Shown: positions 29,254 through 40,241 of the stretch, piece by piece | How positions within the stretch are numbered: position 1 is the first letter of the stretch | How the letters are laid out: every line of letters starts with the position of its first letter | Source of the DNA: a virus | Taxonomy: Duplodnaviria; Caudoviricetes | DNA: 64,000 nucleotides | IMG/VR virus record: IMGVR_UViG_3300025711_000239 | Span: 1-64,000 of that record | Reading direction: 5' to 3' (one strand) | Notes under the pieces: generated by a model | Databases searched by the model: none | Told to the model about the DNA's origin: nothing | What the model saw: the letters and a program-made list of their open reading frames with translations, nothing else | Position numbers and translations under genes: made by a program

Positions 29254-32200
29254 TTATAGTTGTCCTATTGTGAACCAGTTACCAGCTACGGCTTTTTGAA
29301 TAGCGCGGTAAAAAATAGTGTCACCACCAGGTGACGAACCTTCGGTATACCATCCTGTAAATACGCACCCCCCAGGAGCCTTGAATGTCCCATTGAGTAT
29401 TCCTCCGCCCTCCCCAGCAAGACGTATATCCTGTACTGCATCACCTGAACCACGCTGAACAAAATTGCCTGAGACCCAGTTGCTCAAGTATCCGCCCCAG
29501 CACGCGCCATAAACATTGCCGTCACCTTGAACAAATGAGCTCCCATTACCGGTGTATACACGATCTCCGCTTACAATATTGCCACCAACATTGAGTTGCT
29601 GATTGAAGTAGCAATTGCCACCGATAGCAACGTCGTGACCCATATCGACCCTGCCGGTTCTAGCGTTAAAATAAAGAGGCCTGAGATTATTCCATGTCCC
29701 CATCGGATCATTTTGGTTCGTTGCCATGAAATAGAAGTTGGTACCATCGAAACGCTGAAAAACACCAAATCCTCCGCTAATGATTCGATAAGTATCCGGA
29801 GTGCCCGAGGCTATCGGCTTATCAAAATAAACGCGTAAACCCGGACCATCCAAACTTAAATAGCGACCATTATTGGAATAAAAGTCAAGCACTCCATCAG
29901 ACGGGCAAATTAAACCTGTATCGGAATCACCAATGTTAATTGATGCTGCAGAACCTGCAAAAGAACTTGTTCCGAAACTACCAATGCTTATATGGGTTGA
30001 TGCATAAAATGGCCCCGTAACATAAGCGCCATCGCTAAAATGAGCATCTTTATCGACATACAGAGAACTTTTTAAATTTGCCACGCCCAGCAAATTAATG
30101 TTGGCAGCGTCGATATTTAAGGCTGCCTGACCATTAGTTTTGGCGGTAGTCGCATCAACGATTATGCGAGCGTCGTAATCGTTTGTAGCAGTAGTCGATG
30201 AGTTGAAGTCGATATATGGTCTTGATGCCATAATACTCAACGAGGATTTTAAGTAGGCATCACCATATACAGTCAGCGGACCTTTAACATCAGCTCCCCC
30301 ATTGACTGATAAAGCCACTGAACTGGCAGGAATGTTTGTATCCATTCCACCAATTAACGTCTGGCCACGCAGGTAGTTTGGCGCTGTGCCCTGCATAAAC
30401 AGGTTCCAGCGGCTCACCCCGTCTCGCGCCGACTGACGCCCTTCAAAGGCATAGGCTGTAGCAATACTGGTACTGGCTTTATCGTAAGAGCGGAACGACG
30501 TCATGAGTGTTACCGACGCGTTGGCGTTCACAACACTACTGTTACCCCAAAATTCTACCCAGTCAGGCGTAGTTTGAACGGTGATGCCATCACCTACTGA
30601 CATTTCAACGCCGAAACCAACCCCGCGTGTCGTGGCATCTGCACCAATATTTGCGTAAGCCATCGCAGCAATTTGCGACGCCCCGGACAAATTGCCTTTA
30701 CCGGGTGAGTTATTTCCCAGTGTCAGCATACGGGCTGGGTTGTTATTGCCGTTTCCTAATGAGAGCAGCCCTTTATCACTGAACTGGGCCACGTCCTGTT
30801 TCCACGTTACACCATTATCCCGGCCATCCACGTCAAGACGCAGACTGCTGCCGTTACCTCTCCAGCGGAAGCCCGTTGAATCAGCATCACGGTCTATGAA
30901 GGTGACAGTAGGCGCAAAGCTGTTAACCGTAATACCCTGAGTGCCATCATTGCTGCTGCCCGTGACCACCAGCGCGGCAGCAGTCAGATCACCGACTGCA
31001 GTTGCACCCTTCGCCAGCACGTTTAATGGACCGGTAACGTCCGCACCGCCGCTAACCGCAAGGTTGCCGCCGACAATGGCGTTATTGCGGAGCTTCATTG
31101 TCGAAACGTTGGTCTCACCCGTGCCATCACCAGACAGCGTGAACCACGTATTCGGAATCGAGTTACCCCATGTAATGGTATCGGTATTGTCCGTAGACTG
31201 GCCCATATACCAGTGCAGAGAGTTATCCGCCTTTCGCCCGCGCAGATAATAGGCTTTGTCTTTGGTTTTAGCCTTTAGCTGCAGCGCAACCGAGTCTGCG
31301 GTAAAAAGTCCCGCGCCGTCAGACGTCAGGCCACCGCCACCTGTAATAGCCAGCCCGCCAGCACCCTGCAGCGTTGCTAAGCCGTCTCCACTGTTGAGGG
31401 CAAGGCGAGCCGCAATCACACCTGTTGATGTACGCGCATCAATCGTAATTTTACCGCCGCCGTGCGTCATGTTCGTGGTGGTTATGCCACCGAGAATTCT
31501 GCCACTCCAGGCATCACCGCTCACTGCTGCCACACGGCCAACAATCTGCATGATGTCTGTTTCGTATGCCGGAGGTTTGTCATCCAGCTGATCGGTCCGC
31601 AAAAAAGTCATCGACGGTACAGACGGCTCAGAGCGGATCACACCAATACGATATCCAGCGCTGATTTGAGAACCGACGTCCAGATTTTTTGAGACCGTCA
31701 GCTTTGGCGTGTTGATATTGGTCAGCTTACTTGTGCTGGTAATATCGTCGTTATCGCCTGCCTTTGCCGCGCCCAGCTTAATCAGGTCCGCCAGCGTCAT
31801 GCTGGCGCTGTCCATCACCTTCCGCCAGCCGTTTTTATCCGCGCCGTCTGATAGCCCGGACCACGCCCAATCGCCTGAAACTTTACCGGCTAAACGCAGA
31901 TACATCACGCCACCCTGCGCCACCAGCAGCTGAAGAAGTGCAGCGTCGGCATCATATTTCCGGCGCATGTTGAATAGCTGGCCACGCAGTGTTTGCGTGG
32001 TTTTGCCAAGATCAATCGGGCCATCATTGAAAGTACCGCTCAGTGTCCAGAAGGCATTCTGCTCAGTCACAGACACGTCAGCCAGTGAGGTAATTTTGCT
32101 ATCCAGGACCAGCGACGGCGCGCCAACACCAAACGCGCCCACGGCCATTAGCGCCCCCGGCGTCATATCCATAGGGTTAGTCTGCTGGTCTGCTGTTGCG

Positions 32201-32991
32201 GCAGTACCGAGGCCGAGGTGGTCACGGGCCTCCGCCACATCCGGCACATCCGCCAGATTTTTACTGGCTACCAGCTGCTTCTCATTGACCAGCTGATCCA
32301 GCTCGATGTTTTTACGGAACATCGCTTTGTCGTGAATATCCGAGCCGTTGTTAGCGATAACCATGTTGTTATCGATCAGCTCTTTAAGGATTTTTAGCCC
32401 CTTCAGGTTGGCCGCAATCAGCTCGTCGTCACTGGTGTAGATGGAATCCAGCGTGATCCCTACCTGCCGGTTAATACGGTAGTTGGTGACGATCATCGCC
32501 TGCGTAACCTGCGTGGTGCCGGTTGGCACAAGCACGCGGCAGAGCTCCAGCTGGTTCGGTTCCAGCGCTACAGAGATATCCTGCGCAAAGACGCGTGCGG
32601 CCTCAACTATGGAGGTGATATCTACCTGGTCAGTCTTAACACCCAGCTTGTAGTTTGCTTCCAGCACAATACGGGTAGTTTTGCCCGCCACGACCGGCAG
32701 TGTCAGATCGGCCAGGTGCTGCACGGTAATCTGGTGTGCGTTCACGTCGATTGAGGCCGCGCCCTGCCAACCTTCCGCCCCTTTTGAGGTAACAACAATA
32801 TTCAGCCCGGAACCAGCGACCGGCGAGAAGCCCAGGTAGAAGCCCGATCGCACAATGCCTTTCAGCTTTCGGTTTAATGCGGAACTGGTGTAAGTCTCCA
32901 GGTACTGCATATCCGCCGACAGCGGCGCGGTGCCATACGCCTTACCCGCCATAACGCCAATATCGGTAATTTCATTACTGCTCATGTGCAT
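29254..32991 (-). CDS. Tail fibre protein (P1 S-like N-terminus)
   Basis: ADMQYLETYTSSALNRKL N-terminus; LGLGTAA and IGDSDTG fibre motifs. Confidence 0.9.
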   Translation of the reverse strand: MHMSSNEITDIGVMAGKAYGTAPLSADMQYLETYTSSALNRKLKGIVRSGFYLGFSPVAGSGLNIVVTSKGAEGWQGAASIDVNAHQITVQHLADLTLPVVAGKTTRIVLEANYKLGVKTDQVDITSIVEAARVFAQDISVALEPNQLELCRVLVPTGTTQVTQAMIVTNYRINRQVGITLDSIYTSDDELIAANLKGLKILKELIDNNMVIANNGSDIHDKAMFRKNIELDQLVNEKQLVASKNLADVPDVAEARDHLGLGTAATADQQTNPMDMTPGALMAVGAFGVGAPSLVLDSKITSLADVSVTEQNAFWTLSGTFNDGPIDLGKTTQTLRGQLFNMRRKYDADAALLQLLVAQGGVMYLRLAGKVSGDWAWSGLSDGADKNGWRKVMDSASMTLADLIKLGAAKAGDNDDITSTSKLTNINTPKLTVSKNLDVGSQISAGYRIGVIRSEPSVPSMTFLRTDQLDDKPPAYETDIMQIVGRVAAVSGDAWSGRILGGITTTNMTHGGGKITIDARTSTGVIAARLALNSGDGLATLQGAGGLAITGGGGLTSDGAGLFTADSVALQLKAKTKDKAYYLRGRKADNSLHWYMGQSTDNTDTITWGNSIPNTWFTLSGDGTGETNVSTMKLRNNAIVGGNLAVSGGADVTGPLNVLAKGATAVGDLTAAALVVTGSSNDGTQGITVNSFAPTVTFIDRDADSTGFRWRGNGSSLRLDVDGRDNGVTWKQDVAQFSDKGLLSLGNGNNNPARMLTLGNNSPGKGNLSGASQIAAMAYANIGADATTRGVGFGVEMSVGDGITVQTTPDWVEFWGNSSVVNANASVTLMTSFRSYDKASTSIATAYAFEGRQSARDGVSRWNLFMQGTAPNYLRGQTLIGGMDTNIPASSVALSVNGGADVKGPLTVYGDAYLKSSLSIMASRPYIDFNSSTTATNDYDARIIVDATTAKTNGQAALNIDAANINLLGVANLKSSLYVDKDAHFSDGAYVTGPFYASTHISIGSFGTSSFAGSAASINIGDSDTGLICPSDGVLDFYSNNGRYLSLDGPGLRVYFDKPIASGTPDTYRIISGGFGVFQRFDGTNFYFMATNQNDPMGTWNNLRPLYFNARTGRVDMGHDVAIGGNCYFNQQLNVGGNIVSGDRVYTGNGSSFVQGDGNVYGACWGGYLSNWVSGNFVQRGSGDAVQDIRLAGEGGGILNGTFKAPGGCVFTGWYTEGSSPGGDTIFYRAIQKAVAGNWFTIGQL

Positions 32992-33434
32992 TACGCCGTT
33001 TTCTGTTCAATGGTGACGATAAGGCGGTAGGCCTTACCACGGAATACGGAGTCCTGCTGCAGACACAGCACGGCAAACGCGTTACCGTCGCCATCCACCA
33101 GCGTCAGCGTGTTGAGGTCATAGGCTTTGCCTTCCGGCAATAAGGCATCATCCAGCTGGATAGTGATCGAGATATCCGCGCCGGTACTTGTGAGCACCAA
33201 AGGTGTTTCAGTGAACTTGCCTTCAAGATTGGCATTGCTGAACGTTGAGGGAATGTCCGCGATATTCCAGCCGCCAGCGGCGTTACTGGTGACGAGCGCT
33301 GACTTGCCCCAGTAGGCTTTGACCATCTGGAAGCGGCTACCCTGCCCGATGGAGGATTCAGCGCGACGGATGTAGTAGTAATCAAGCAGCTTCGCTTTAA
33401 ATAGCTTGCTGCTGACAGAGATAGTATCAGCCAT
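32991..33434 (-). CDS. P1 gpR-like tail protein
   Basis: LLDYYYIRRAESSIG; precedes the fibre gene. Confidence 0.75.
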   Translation of the reverse strand: MADTISVSSKLFKAKLLDYYYIRRAESSIGQGSRFQMVKAYWGKSALVTSNAAGGWNIADIPSTFSNANLEGKFTETPLVLTSTGADISITIQLDDALLPEGKAYDLNTLTLVDGDGNAFAVLCLQQDSVFRGKAYRLIVTIEQKTA

Positions 33435-33463
33435 AAAAAAGCCTCTCAGAGTTAAGAGGCCAG

Positions 33464-33484
33464 AGGGTAAAGAGTTCGTAAAAT
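33464..33484 (-). promoter_or_regulatory. Putative late promoter, tail fibre operon
   Basis: ATTTTACGAACTCTT-TACCCT. Confidence 0.5.
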
Positions 33485-33495
33485 CCGATGGTCAA

Positions 33496-34587
33496 CTACG
33501 CGACAAATTGCTCATAAAAAAGCGTGGTGATCTTGCTGGTACCGCTGCCGTCATCGGGTAGCGCCAGAATAAACTCCGGCGTCCCATCAATGGGAAAAGC
33601 CAATGTCACGCTACTGCCGTCCGTGCTGGTGGCTGTGATGCCCTGGCTATCGCCCTTCTGGATACCAATGTACTGTACGCCACCATCAGTAAATAACCGT
33701 GCACGGCCATCGCTGTCAGCACTGGCAATATAAATGGGTGCAGGCGCGGTGTCCGGCCTGCTGCGATAGTCATTCCACCAGGCGTCTGCGGCAAACATAT
33801 CGTAGCGTTCGCATCGCTTTACCTGCTGCACCGGCACTGCGGGAATATCGTATCCATGCTGTGTGGCCATGTGCAGATTTTTGATCTCCGACTGGAGATC
33901 GGAGTAAGACATTTTGGCCTGATAGTCGATTCCGGCACTAATAAGCGTGATGTTTTCAGCATCGGCTGACATTTCAAACGAGATAAAGAGCGCTACACCG
34001 TCAAATACGATGTGAAGCGGCAGAAGCGGCGCTATGATACGGTCAAATTGCGTTAGTAGCTTCTGAACTGCTTCACCCTGCTCCAGATAACCGTAACGCT
34101 CATAAAGCTCATTCAGAGCTACTGAGATTTGCGCCCGCGACGTCAGAAAGAACTCGCCATACTTCGCCTCTGCAATCGGCAGGCCTTCTTTCGTGGTGAA
34201 GAAGGTGCCATAAGGTGCCAGCTCCTGATCTATCGGCGCATACAGCTCCTGCCAAGTGACTGGCAGATTATCGAACTCGCGCCAGAACGTTGACGTGATC
34301 GGCTTATCAGTACCTTTAAAATGCACTTCGTCCAGACGCTGCGCCAGCAGCACGGGTCTGCTGGTATCTGTAGTCTCTGCCACAATGAAAAAGCGTCCAT
34401 ATTCGCTCATGCGTAGCGTCAGATCGTCCTTGTTCATTGTGTAGTAACTTTTGCGGTTAGTAATGCGATCCAGTATCGGCTCTACCGCATCTTCGAAAAT
34501 GCTCTGGAGAGTATTAGCAAACCCTGACCAAAGCTCAGAACCCTGTTTTTCTTTGGTCAGCCGGTCTTTTACCCAGTTTTTGATCAT
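33496..34587 (-). CDS. P1 gp16-like baseplate protein
   Basis: Synteny bplA-16-R-S. Confidence 0.72.
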   Translation of the reverse strand: MIKNWVKDRLTKEKQGSELWSGFANTLQSIFEDAVEPILDRITNRKSYYTMNKDDLTLRMSEYGRFFIVAETTDTSRPVLLAQRLDEVHFKGTDKPITSTFWREFDNLPVTWQELYAPIDQELAPYGTFFTTKEGLPIAEAKYGEFFLTSRAQISVALNELYERYGYLEQGEAVQKLLTQFDRIIAPLLPLHIVFDGVALFISFEMSADAENITLISAGIDYQAKMSYSDLQSEIKNLHMATQHGYDIPAVPVQQVKRCERYDMFAADAWWNDYRSRPDTAPAPIYIASADSDGRARLFTDGGVQYIGIQKGDSQGITATSTDGSSVTLAFPIDGTPEFILALPDDGSGTSKITTLFYEQFVA

Positions 34588-34596
34588 GGCCGTGCC

Positions 34597-36030
34597 TTAC
34601 AGGTAGTTAATATCAAACGTGGAGTTAGCCACATCGAGATAAATAAAATCGTTCAATTGAAGGGCCGTTTTCATGTCATGCGTGGTCAGCTCATACGAGA
34701 TAAACAGGTTTAGCTCTTCAATGACACGCCACAGGTCTTTAACCTGCACTTGTGAGAAGTGTTTACCGGCCTCAACGTCATTCTGATCGCTGTCGCCAAA
34801 CGTGGTTGCGTCACGTCCAAATCGTGTCTGTAACGCTTCCTGCACAGCTTTACGTGCGTCAGAAATAATGACGTTCTTTTTCGCCAATGCGTTCAATGAG
34901 ATCGTGAATGGTTCTTCCTGCGTGGGAACGTATCGGAATTTTTTGTTAATCTCATTAGGGATGGCCGTGATAGCCGTCATGATCATGGTTTCAAGTTCAG
35001 CTTGTGTGTATCCAGGCTTATGCCCGCAAAAGAAGATTGTATTGATGTTGCTCAGCAGCTTAACGCCGGTTGAAATCTCCTGCTCCTGCTCACCCCAGGC
35101 ACTGATCCACGACATACCCGGTACAGCTCGATTCAGGAAGTATTTATAATCACCGCCCCATACTACCTGCTCGTCATACGCCACGTAGTACTGCGCCCGG
35201 TTGCGCGTTTCCTCCGTACTTTCAAAGCCACTGCCACCCGTGATTGGCGTCATGGTCACAACTTCAATCTTGCTATTCATATCGGCAATATTGCCCGCTG
35301 GCGTCAGCTTCTGGCCTTGTGTCAGCGTGGTATCGCCCCGGCTGCACCACACATCCAGATCGACTTTACTTCCGGTTTTCGGCATCTTGCCAATCGCGCC
35401 GTCACCAAAGCGTACGCCCAACTGCTCAGACGGCTTGTAGACCAACACGTAATGCTGGCTTGAGCCACGGGATAGACGAAACAACGGGTTATTCTTCCAC
35501 AGCGTTTTGTTCTCGTTTTCCGTCACGTAAACGTCCATTGAAACTGTTTCCTCCGTAATATCACGCGGCAGCATTACCGTATAAAACGGCGCTTCAGCGT
35601 CGATTGCGGAGGACACGTTAACGTGCTCCATCTGGCGGACGTCGTTCACCACGACGCTATGGCCAGCAGGGATAATCACCACATCGGTTGTGACATAGGG
35701 CAGCTGTGCGTTCGACAGGAACTCCGCGTAGATTGGCAGCTGAATGACTTCATTCGTTTTGTTGGTGATCTTCACACTGCCCCATGACGGCGTGATTAAG
35801 TGACCGAGATAATTACGGTCTTCGGCTGCGGCCAGAATGCTTGAGCGCTTCGTCGCCGTTGAGATAAAACCCTCCGTCAGACCGCGCTCAGCGGTAGTCT
35901 GTGCGGCGTAGATGATCTGCGCGCCAAACACGGCCATCATCTGAATGAACTGGCTGTTGGTAAATTTTTTCCACCAGCTGTTCGCCTGTAGTTGTCCGTT
36001 AAATTTTTCCAGAAGCTCCTGAATACTCAC
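34597..36030 (-). CDS. bplA: Baseplate wedge protein
   Basis: FISTATKRSSI, VRFGDGAIG, AWGE motifs; 477 aa. Confidence 0.85.
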   Translation of the reverse strand: MSIQELLEKFNGQLQANSWWKKFTNSQFIQMMAVFGAQIIYAAQTTAERGLTEGFISTATKRSSILAAAEDRNYLGHLITPSWGSVKITNKTNEVIQLPIYAEFLSNAQLPYVTTDVVIIPAGHSVVVNDVRQMEHVNVSSAIDAEAPFYTVMLPRDITEETVSMDVYVTENENKTLWKNNPLFRLSRGSSQHYVLVYKPSEQLGVRFGDGAIGKMPKTGSKVDLDVWCSRGDTTLTQGQKLTPAGNIADMNSKIEVVTMTPITGGSGFESTEETRNRAQYYVAYDEQVVWGGDYKYFLNRAVPGMSWISAWGEQEQEISTGVKLLSNINTIFFCGHKPGYTQAELETMIMTAITAIPNEINKKFRYVPTQEEPFTISLNALAKKNVIISDARKAVQEALQTRFGRDATTFGDSDQNDVEAGKHFSQVQVKDLWRVIEELNLFISYELTTHDMKTALQLNDFIYLDVANSTFDINYL

Positions 36031-36042
36031 AATTTACCCCGA

Positions 36043-36402
36043 TTAACTTTTGTTCATGGACACGGCCAGCGGGCCGTAAGATGTAATGAATGTAATTTGC
36101 CAGGTATCGACATTTTGCGGCGCGCAGCGGATAGCACGCAGACCCAGCCCAGGCAGATCGATACGCAGCTTGCGGATCAGCGCGGCCTCAATGGCAACTT
36201 CGGTTAAGTGGCCGGTTTCAGAGCCTACCGGCTCATGCTTGAAGTCCTGCATGGTGTTCCCCCATCCCGGCAGGCCATAAACGCTTCCCTGCGGCGTTCT
36301 TAGCCATTCTTCCAGCCGGGCAAGCCAGGCATCAGATTCCCCGCTCTTTACCACTACGCCGCCCTGATCCACGCGCATGAGGCAGTCAATTTCGTTTTGC
36401 AT
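36043..36402 (-). CDS. pmgA: Baseplate protein PmgA-like
   Basis: EWLRTPQGSVYG..WGN; synteny. Confidence 0.72.
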   Translation of the reverse strand: MQNEIDCLMRVDQGGVVVKSGESDAWLARLEEWLRTPQGSVYGLPGWGNTMQDFKHEPVGSETGHLTEVAIEAALIRKLRIDLPGLGLRAIRCAPQNVDTWQITFITSYGPLAVSMNKS

Positions 36403-36405
36403 GTG

Positions 36406-39400
36406 TTAGTCCTGCAGTAGGTCGTTGAGCGCCGGATCACTGATGCTCAGGGTTGATGATGTGCGGGGTGCCGGTTGCGCCGTGTTAACCACTTTGTCCG
36501 GCGCGGTGTCGCTTTTTTTCTTCGTGACGCCCAGCAGTGCTTCCAGCTGGGTGCGCATACCTTTCAGCTCCTTGAGCATGTCCTGATCGTGATTGCTAGT
36601 ATCGCCACTCATCATCGGGCGCATGCCGCTGCGCGGAAGATCGGTCACGTTCTGGATCTGTGCCGGGTGATTCAGAAGCGGCTGCTGTGCAGGCCTTGTC
36701 TGCGCCGCACTGCCGCCGTTCAGATAGGATTTACCGGCGCTGGCCAGCGTCTCTGTTCCGCTGTCGAGCCAGCCACCAGCTTTGCTTGTAAGCGGAGAAA
36801 TGGCGCGCAGAATGCCCGGATCAGAAATGCCTGCTTGGTCCAGCACGCTGCTTACCATGTCGTTGCCGCTGAAGCCCCCAAGAGTCTGACTAAAGGTGTC
36901 GCTGATAGCGGGCATGATCGAGGCGCTGACGGCGTTTACCCCGTCTTTTGCACCGCCCAGCATGCGATCAAACAGCCCGTTGCCTTCAGCCGGTGTGGCT
37001 GGTGTTTGGGTGCTGGCCACAGTGATCGGCGTTTCAGACGTAGCAGAACCGGGACGGGCGCGTACGCTGCCGGTTGAGACGTGGGATGTGACGGCAGGAC
37101 GTGAACGGCTGGCTATCTGGTCCGGTGACAGTGCGGCCAGCTGGAGACCAGCAGGGAGTGATTCGCCAGCAGGCAGGGACAGGCCGCTGGTGGGACGTTT
37201 ACGGGACATACCGGCCACACCCAGTGATTCAGTTGCGCCCTGCACTTTCCCATCAGCCCACTCATTAAGCGCTTTGACCTGGCTCCATGCGCCAGCGCCG
37301 GCGTGTTTGATTTTCTCTACTGCGCCGCTGGCTGGCTTGTTCTTGTCGGCTTCCTTTGCTGCAGCAACCTGCGAGACCGTGGGCGCTGTTGGGGCGACTG
37401 CTGGCACTGCTACTGCGGGTGCTGTCACAGGTGCGGAAATTGGTGCCAGTGCGGCGGCGGGTGCCACCGCGCCCGCTGTCAGTTTCACCTTTTCGCCAGC
37501 AGAATAAAGCGAGTCTGCTGCAATAGGTGCCTGCCCCTGCTTCGCACGAGCTTCATTCACAGATTTCAGGGATTCATCGCTAAATTTCCCGCCGACCCAT
37601 TTACCATTTTCATTGTGACCAATGGCGTTCATCATGAAATCGTTCGTGACCTGCGGATTACCGCCCTCGATGGTGGCAATACCGCGCATCATCTGCGTCA
37701 TGACTTTGGGATCTTTGAGGTCCAGCTGCTGATCGCCACGCACGCCCAGCTTTTTCGAGAGCGAATCCACATACTGTGACGTATTGTTTTCACTCTCCGG
37801 CGCATACAGCTTGATAATGTCCTGTACGGTATTCAGCTTTTGGTATCCGGCAGCTTTAGAGGTGCCTTCTGAATAGCTGGTCAGCTGATTCGCCAGCGCT
37901 CTGAATCCTTCCTCCGGCGTGTTAAATTTGGCAAATCGCGCTTCACCTTTACCGTTTTTGGCCTCCAGGCTTGCGCCCTCCTGCCCCACATAGTTCAGAT
38001 TGCCAAAATTGTTGTTACGGAATGATCGAACCTTCGCATTTGCGCCACCCACATTGAGATCAGCGCCAATGCTGTTCTGCGCCACGTCGGCATAATCAGC
38101 AGTGCTTTTGCCCTGCGTACCTACGCCGTCCTCGCCCCACTCGCCACCCTGCAGCTGTGAACCCAGGCGGTTAATTGCCGTGACGGTTTTGGTAGTGCCA
38201 TCAGTGATCGCTTTCGTCTGCTCAGCGCTGGTACCGGTCAGCTTGTCATAGACGCCCGACGCGCTGGTTGAGAAGGCGCTGAACATGTCACCTACCTTGC
38301 TTAGCCCCGTATCCAGTCCCTTAGCTATATCGCCGGTATCAAACGTGAGTGATTTCGCAACCCCGTTCATACCCAGCGCAGAAGCGCCGGACGCCAGCAG
38401 GCCGGATGCACCAGATACCAGCCCGCCCATATTCAGCACGTTGGCGGCTGTGTACTCGCTCTTCTGCTTGCCGCTGACGGTATCGCCTCCTTTAAGACCA
38501 AAGGCTCTCTGCTGGCCGTCTGTGTCGTTGTACCCTTCGTATGCGTCCATGCCCGCGCCGATAACGGTCCCGACCAATGGGATCGCTTTAAGCGCAGTTT
38601 TACCAGCGACTTTACCTGCAACCTTCAGCCCGCCCTTTTCCGTTGTTTTCTCAGCTGCAGTCTGAGTAGCTTTCTCGCCAGCTTTAGACAGTTCTTCTCC
38701 AGTCACACCTCCAGCGGCAATAGTTGCACCGGCAGCAGCAGTTGTGGCCGCTGCACCGGCGACCGTTGCCGCCTTTTTGCCGCCTTTCAGCACTTCCATT
38801 GCCTTTGCCAATAGGCCTTTCTTTTTCGGCTTTGGCTTGGGGTTAGAGGCATCCGGCTTGCCTTTACCGTCCGGCAGCAGATCTCCGGCTATATCAGCCA
38901 CATCAGCAGCAGCTGACAGAGGTCCGCGTTTACGGCCGCGGCGTTTTCGCCTACCCGGAATCAGCGAGTCCATCAGCCCGCCAGCGCCTTTGCTGGACGT
39001 ATGAGACAGCTTTTTAACTTCCTCGCGCACGTCGTCCAGGGCATCCACAATGCGATCGTCATTGGCGGCGATAACTTTGGTTTGTTCCTGCGTGACCTGG
39101 ATAGCCTTAGCCTGTTGAGCGTTTTTAAAACCGTCTGCGGATTTTGGCTTACCGATTGCTGGTGGCGTTCTGGCTTCGGTAGTTACAGGTGGATGAATTA
39201 ATGGAGGCTCCATTTTCAGCGCAGCGTTGCCTTCCGTTTTACCCTGCATGAAGTTTTTTAGCGTAACGACGTTCTTACCAACTTCGGCAGAAATGTCATA
39301 CATGCCTTTACCCATCATCCAGAGCGGACCACCGGCAGCCGTGCCAGCAATGTCTGCGCCTGAAGACATACTATCGCTGTTCGTTTCAGTGGCAGATTCC

Positions 39401-40077
39401 AGCATGCTCCCCAGTGAACGGAAAAATCCCTGCTGCTGTTTTTGCTCAGCGCGACGCGCATTTTTTTCCTGAGTTGCAGCTGACGCAGCGGCAGAATCTG
39501 TACGTGCTTTAAAGCGACCTCCAGCATCACGACCAAGTGTTTTTCCCTCTGCCGTTCGGCTATCAGAGTCCACTTCTGAATCAGCTTTCGACTGACGAAC
39601 AGAACGTACATTTCTGACACTTGAAACGCCACCAGAAACACTAAAATTGATTTTTCCATTACCTTTCAAAGGTAATTTTTCTTCATTTACTATCCCTTTA
39701 GACTGCCTCCAGGCATCTAAAGACACAGAATTTTTATTTTTATTTCCTTTAGAAGGTGATTTATCAGCATTTGAACGTGTTTTTTTTACGTTTGAAAAGT
39801 CTTTATTTTCTGTAGGTAAATTTATTTCACTTTCTGTCTTATTTTTGTCTCTTGAAGCGTCAATTTTATGATCGATTTGTTCTTTTCTTCCTTCAACTCC
39901 TCTCCGAGAAAGGGATCGTGTAACACGCATCCCTGTAGTCTCTTGGCGGTTATTCGAAGGTTGAGAAGGGAGTAATTTTGATATTTCCTGACGTATAAGA
40001 GCCATTTCCTTTAGTTGGTCATGGCTGGCATGCTCAATTGCGTCAATAATCTGGTTTAATTCCTGGAAATTCTTCAT
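36406..40077 (-). CDS. sit: Tape-measure-like protein with lytic domain (Sit)
   Basis: 1223 aa, Ala/Gly-rich; RNNNFGNL...YAPESENNT lytic-domain motif. Confidence 0.82.
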   Translation of the reverse strand: MKNFQELNQIIDAIEHASHDQLKEMALIRQEISKLLPSQPSNNRQETTGMRVTRSLSRRGVEGRKEQIDHKIDASRDKNKTESEINLPTENKDFSNVKKTRSNADKSPSKGNKNKNSVSLDAWRQSKGIVNEEKLPLKGNGKINFSVSGGVSSVRNVRSVRQSKADSEVDSDSRTAEGKTLGRDAGGRFKARTDSAAASAATQEKNARRAEQKQQQGFFRSLGSMLESATETNSDSMSSGADIAGTAAGGPLWMMGKGMYDISAEVGKNVVTLKNFMQGKTEGNAALKMEPPLIHPPVTTEARTPPAIGKPKSADGFKNAQQAKAIQVTQEQTKVIAANDDRIVDALDDVREEVKKLSHTSSKGAGGLMDSLIPGRRKRRGRKRGPLSAAADVADIAGDLLPDGKGKPDASNPKPKPKKKGLLAKAMEVLKGGKKAATVAGAAATTAAAGATIAAGGVTGEELSKAGEKATQTAAEKTTEKGGLKVAGKVAGKTALKAIPLVGTVIGAGMDAYEGYNDTDGQQRAFGLKGGDTVSGKQKSEYTAANVLNMGGLVSGASGLLASGASALGMNGVAKSLTFDTGDIAKGLDTGLSKVGDMFSAFSTSASGVYDKLTGTSAEQTKAITDGTTKTVTAINRLGSQLQGGEWGEDGVGTQGKSTADYADVAQNSIGADLNVGGANAKVRSFRNNNFGNLNYVGQEGASLEAKNGKGEARFAKFNTPEEGFRALANQLTSYSEGTSKAAGYQKLNTVQDIIKLYAPESENNTSQYVDSLSKKLGVRGDQQLDLKDPKVMTQMMRGIATIEGGNPQVTNDFMMNAIGHNENGKWVGGKFSDESLKSVNEARAKQGQAPIAADSLYSAGEKVKLTAGAVAPAAALAPISAPVTAPAVAVPAVAPTAPTVSQVAAAKEADKNKPASGAVEKIKHAGAGAWSQVKALNEWADGKVQGATESLGVAGMSRKRPTSGLSLPAGESLPAGLQLAALSPDQIASRSRPAVTSHVSTGSVRARPGSATSETPITVASTQTPATPAEGNGLFDRMLGGAKDGVNAVSASIMPAISDTFSQTLGGFSGNDMVSSVLDQAGISDPGILRAISPLTSKAGGWLDSGTETLASAGKSYLNGGSAAQTRPAQQPLLNHPAQIQNVTDLPRSGMRPMMSGDTSNHDQDMLKELKGMRTQLEALLGVTKKKSDTAPDKVVNTAQPAPRTSSTLSISDPALNDLLQD

Positions 40078-40241
40078 TCAGATCCGCTTCTGCTTCTTCT
40101 CAACTGCTCTGTGAGCGTGTTGTTCATCTGAATAGCGCGCCATAAAGGTAGTGCGTCAACGTCGCCTACGGGTTGGCGGGCTGTCAGCGTCAGGTTGTCA
40201 ATGATGGTTAGCCATCCACTGAGGGGAAAATCGTGGAACAA
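40074..40241 (-). CDS. Unannotated small ORF or frameshift extension between pmgB and sit
   Basis: Open frame ...WLTIIDNLTLTARQPVGDVDALPLWRAIQMN... whose TGA overlaps the sit ATG. Confidence 0.55.
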   Translation of the reverse strand: MFHDFPLSGWLTIIDNLTLTARQPVGDVDALPLWRAIQMNNTLTEQLRRSRSGSE

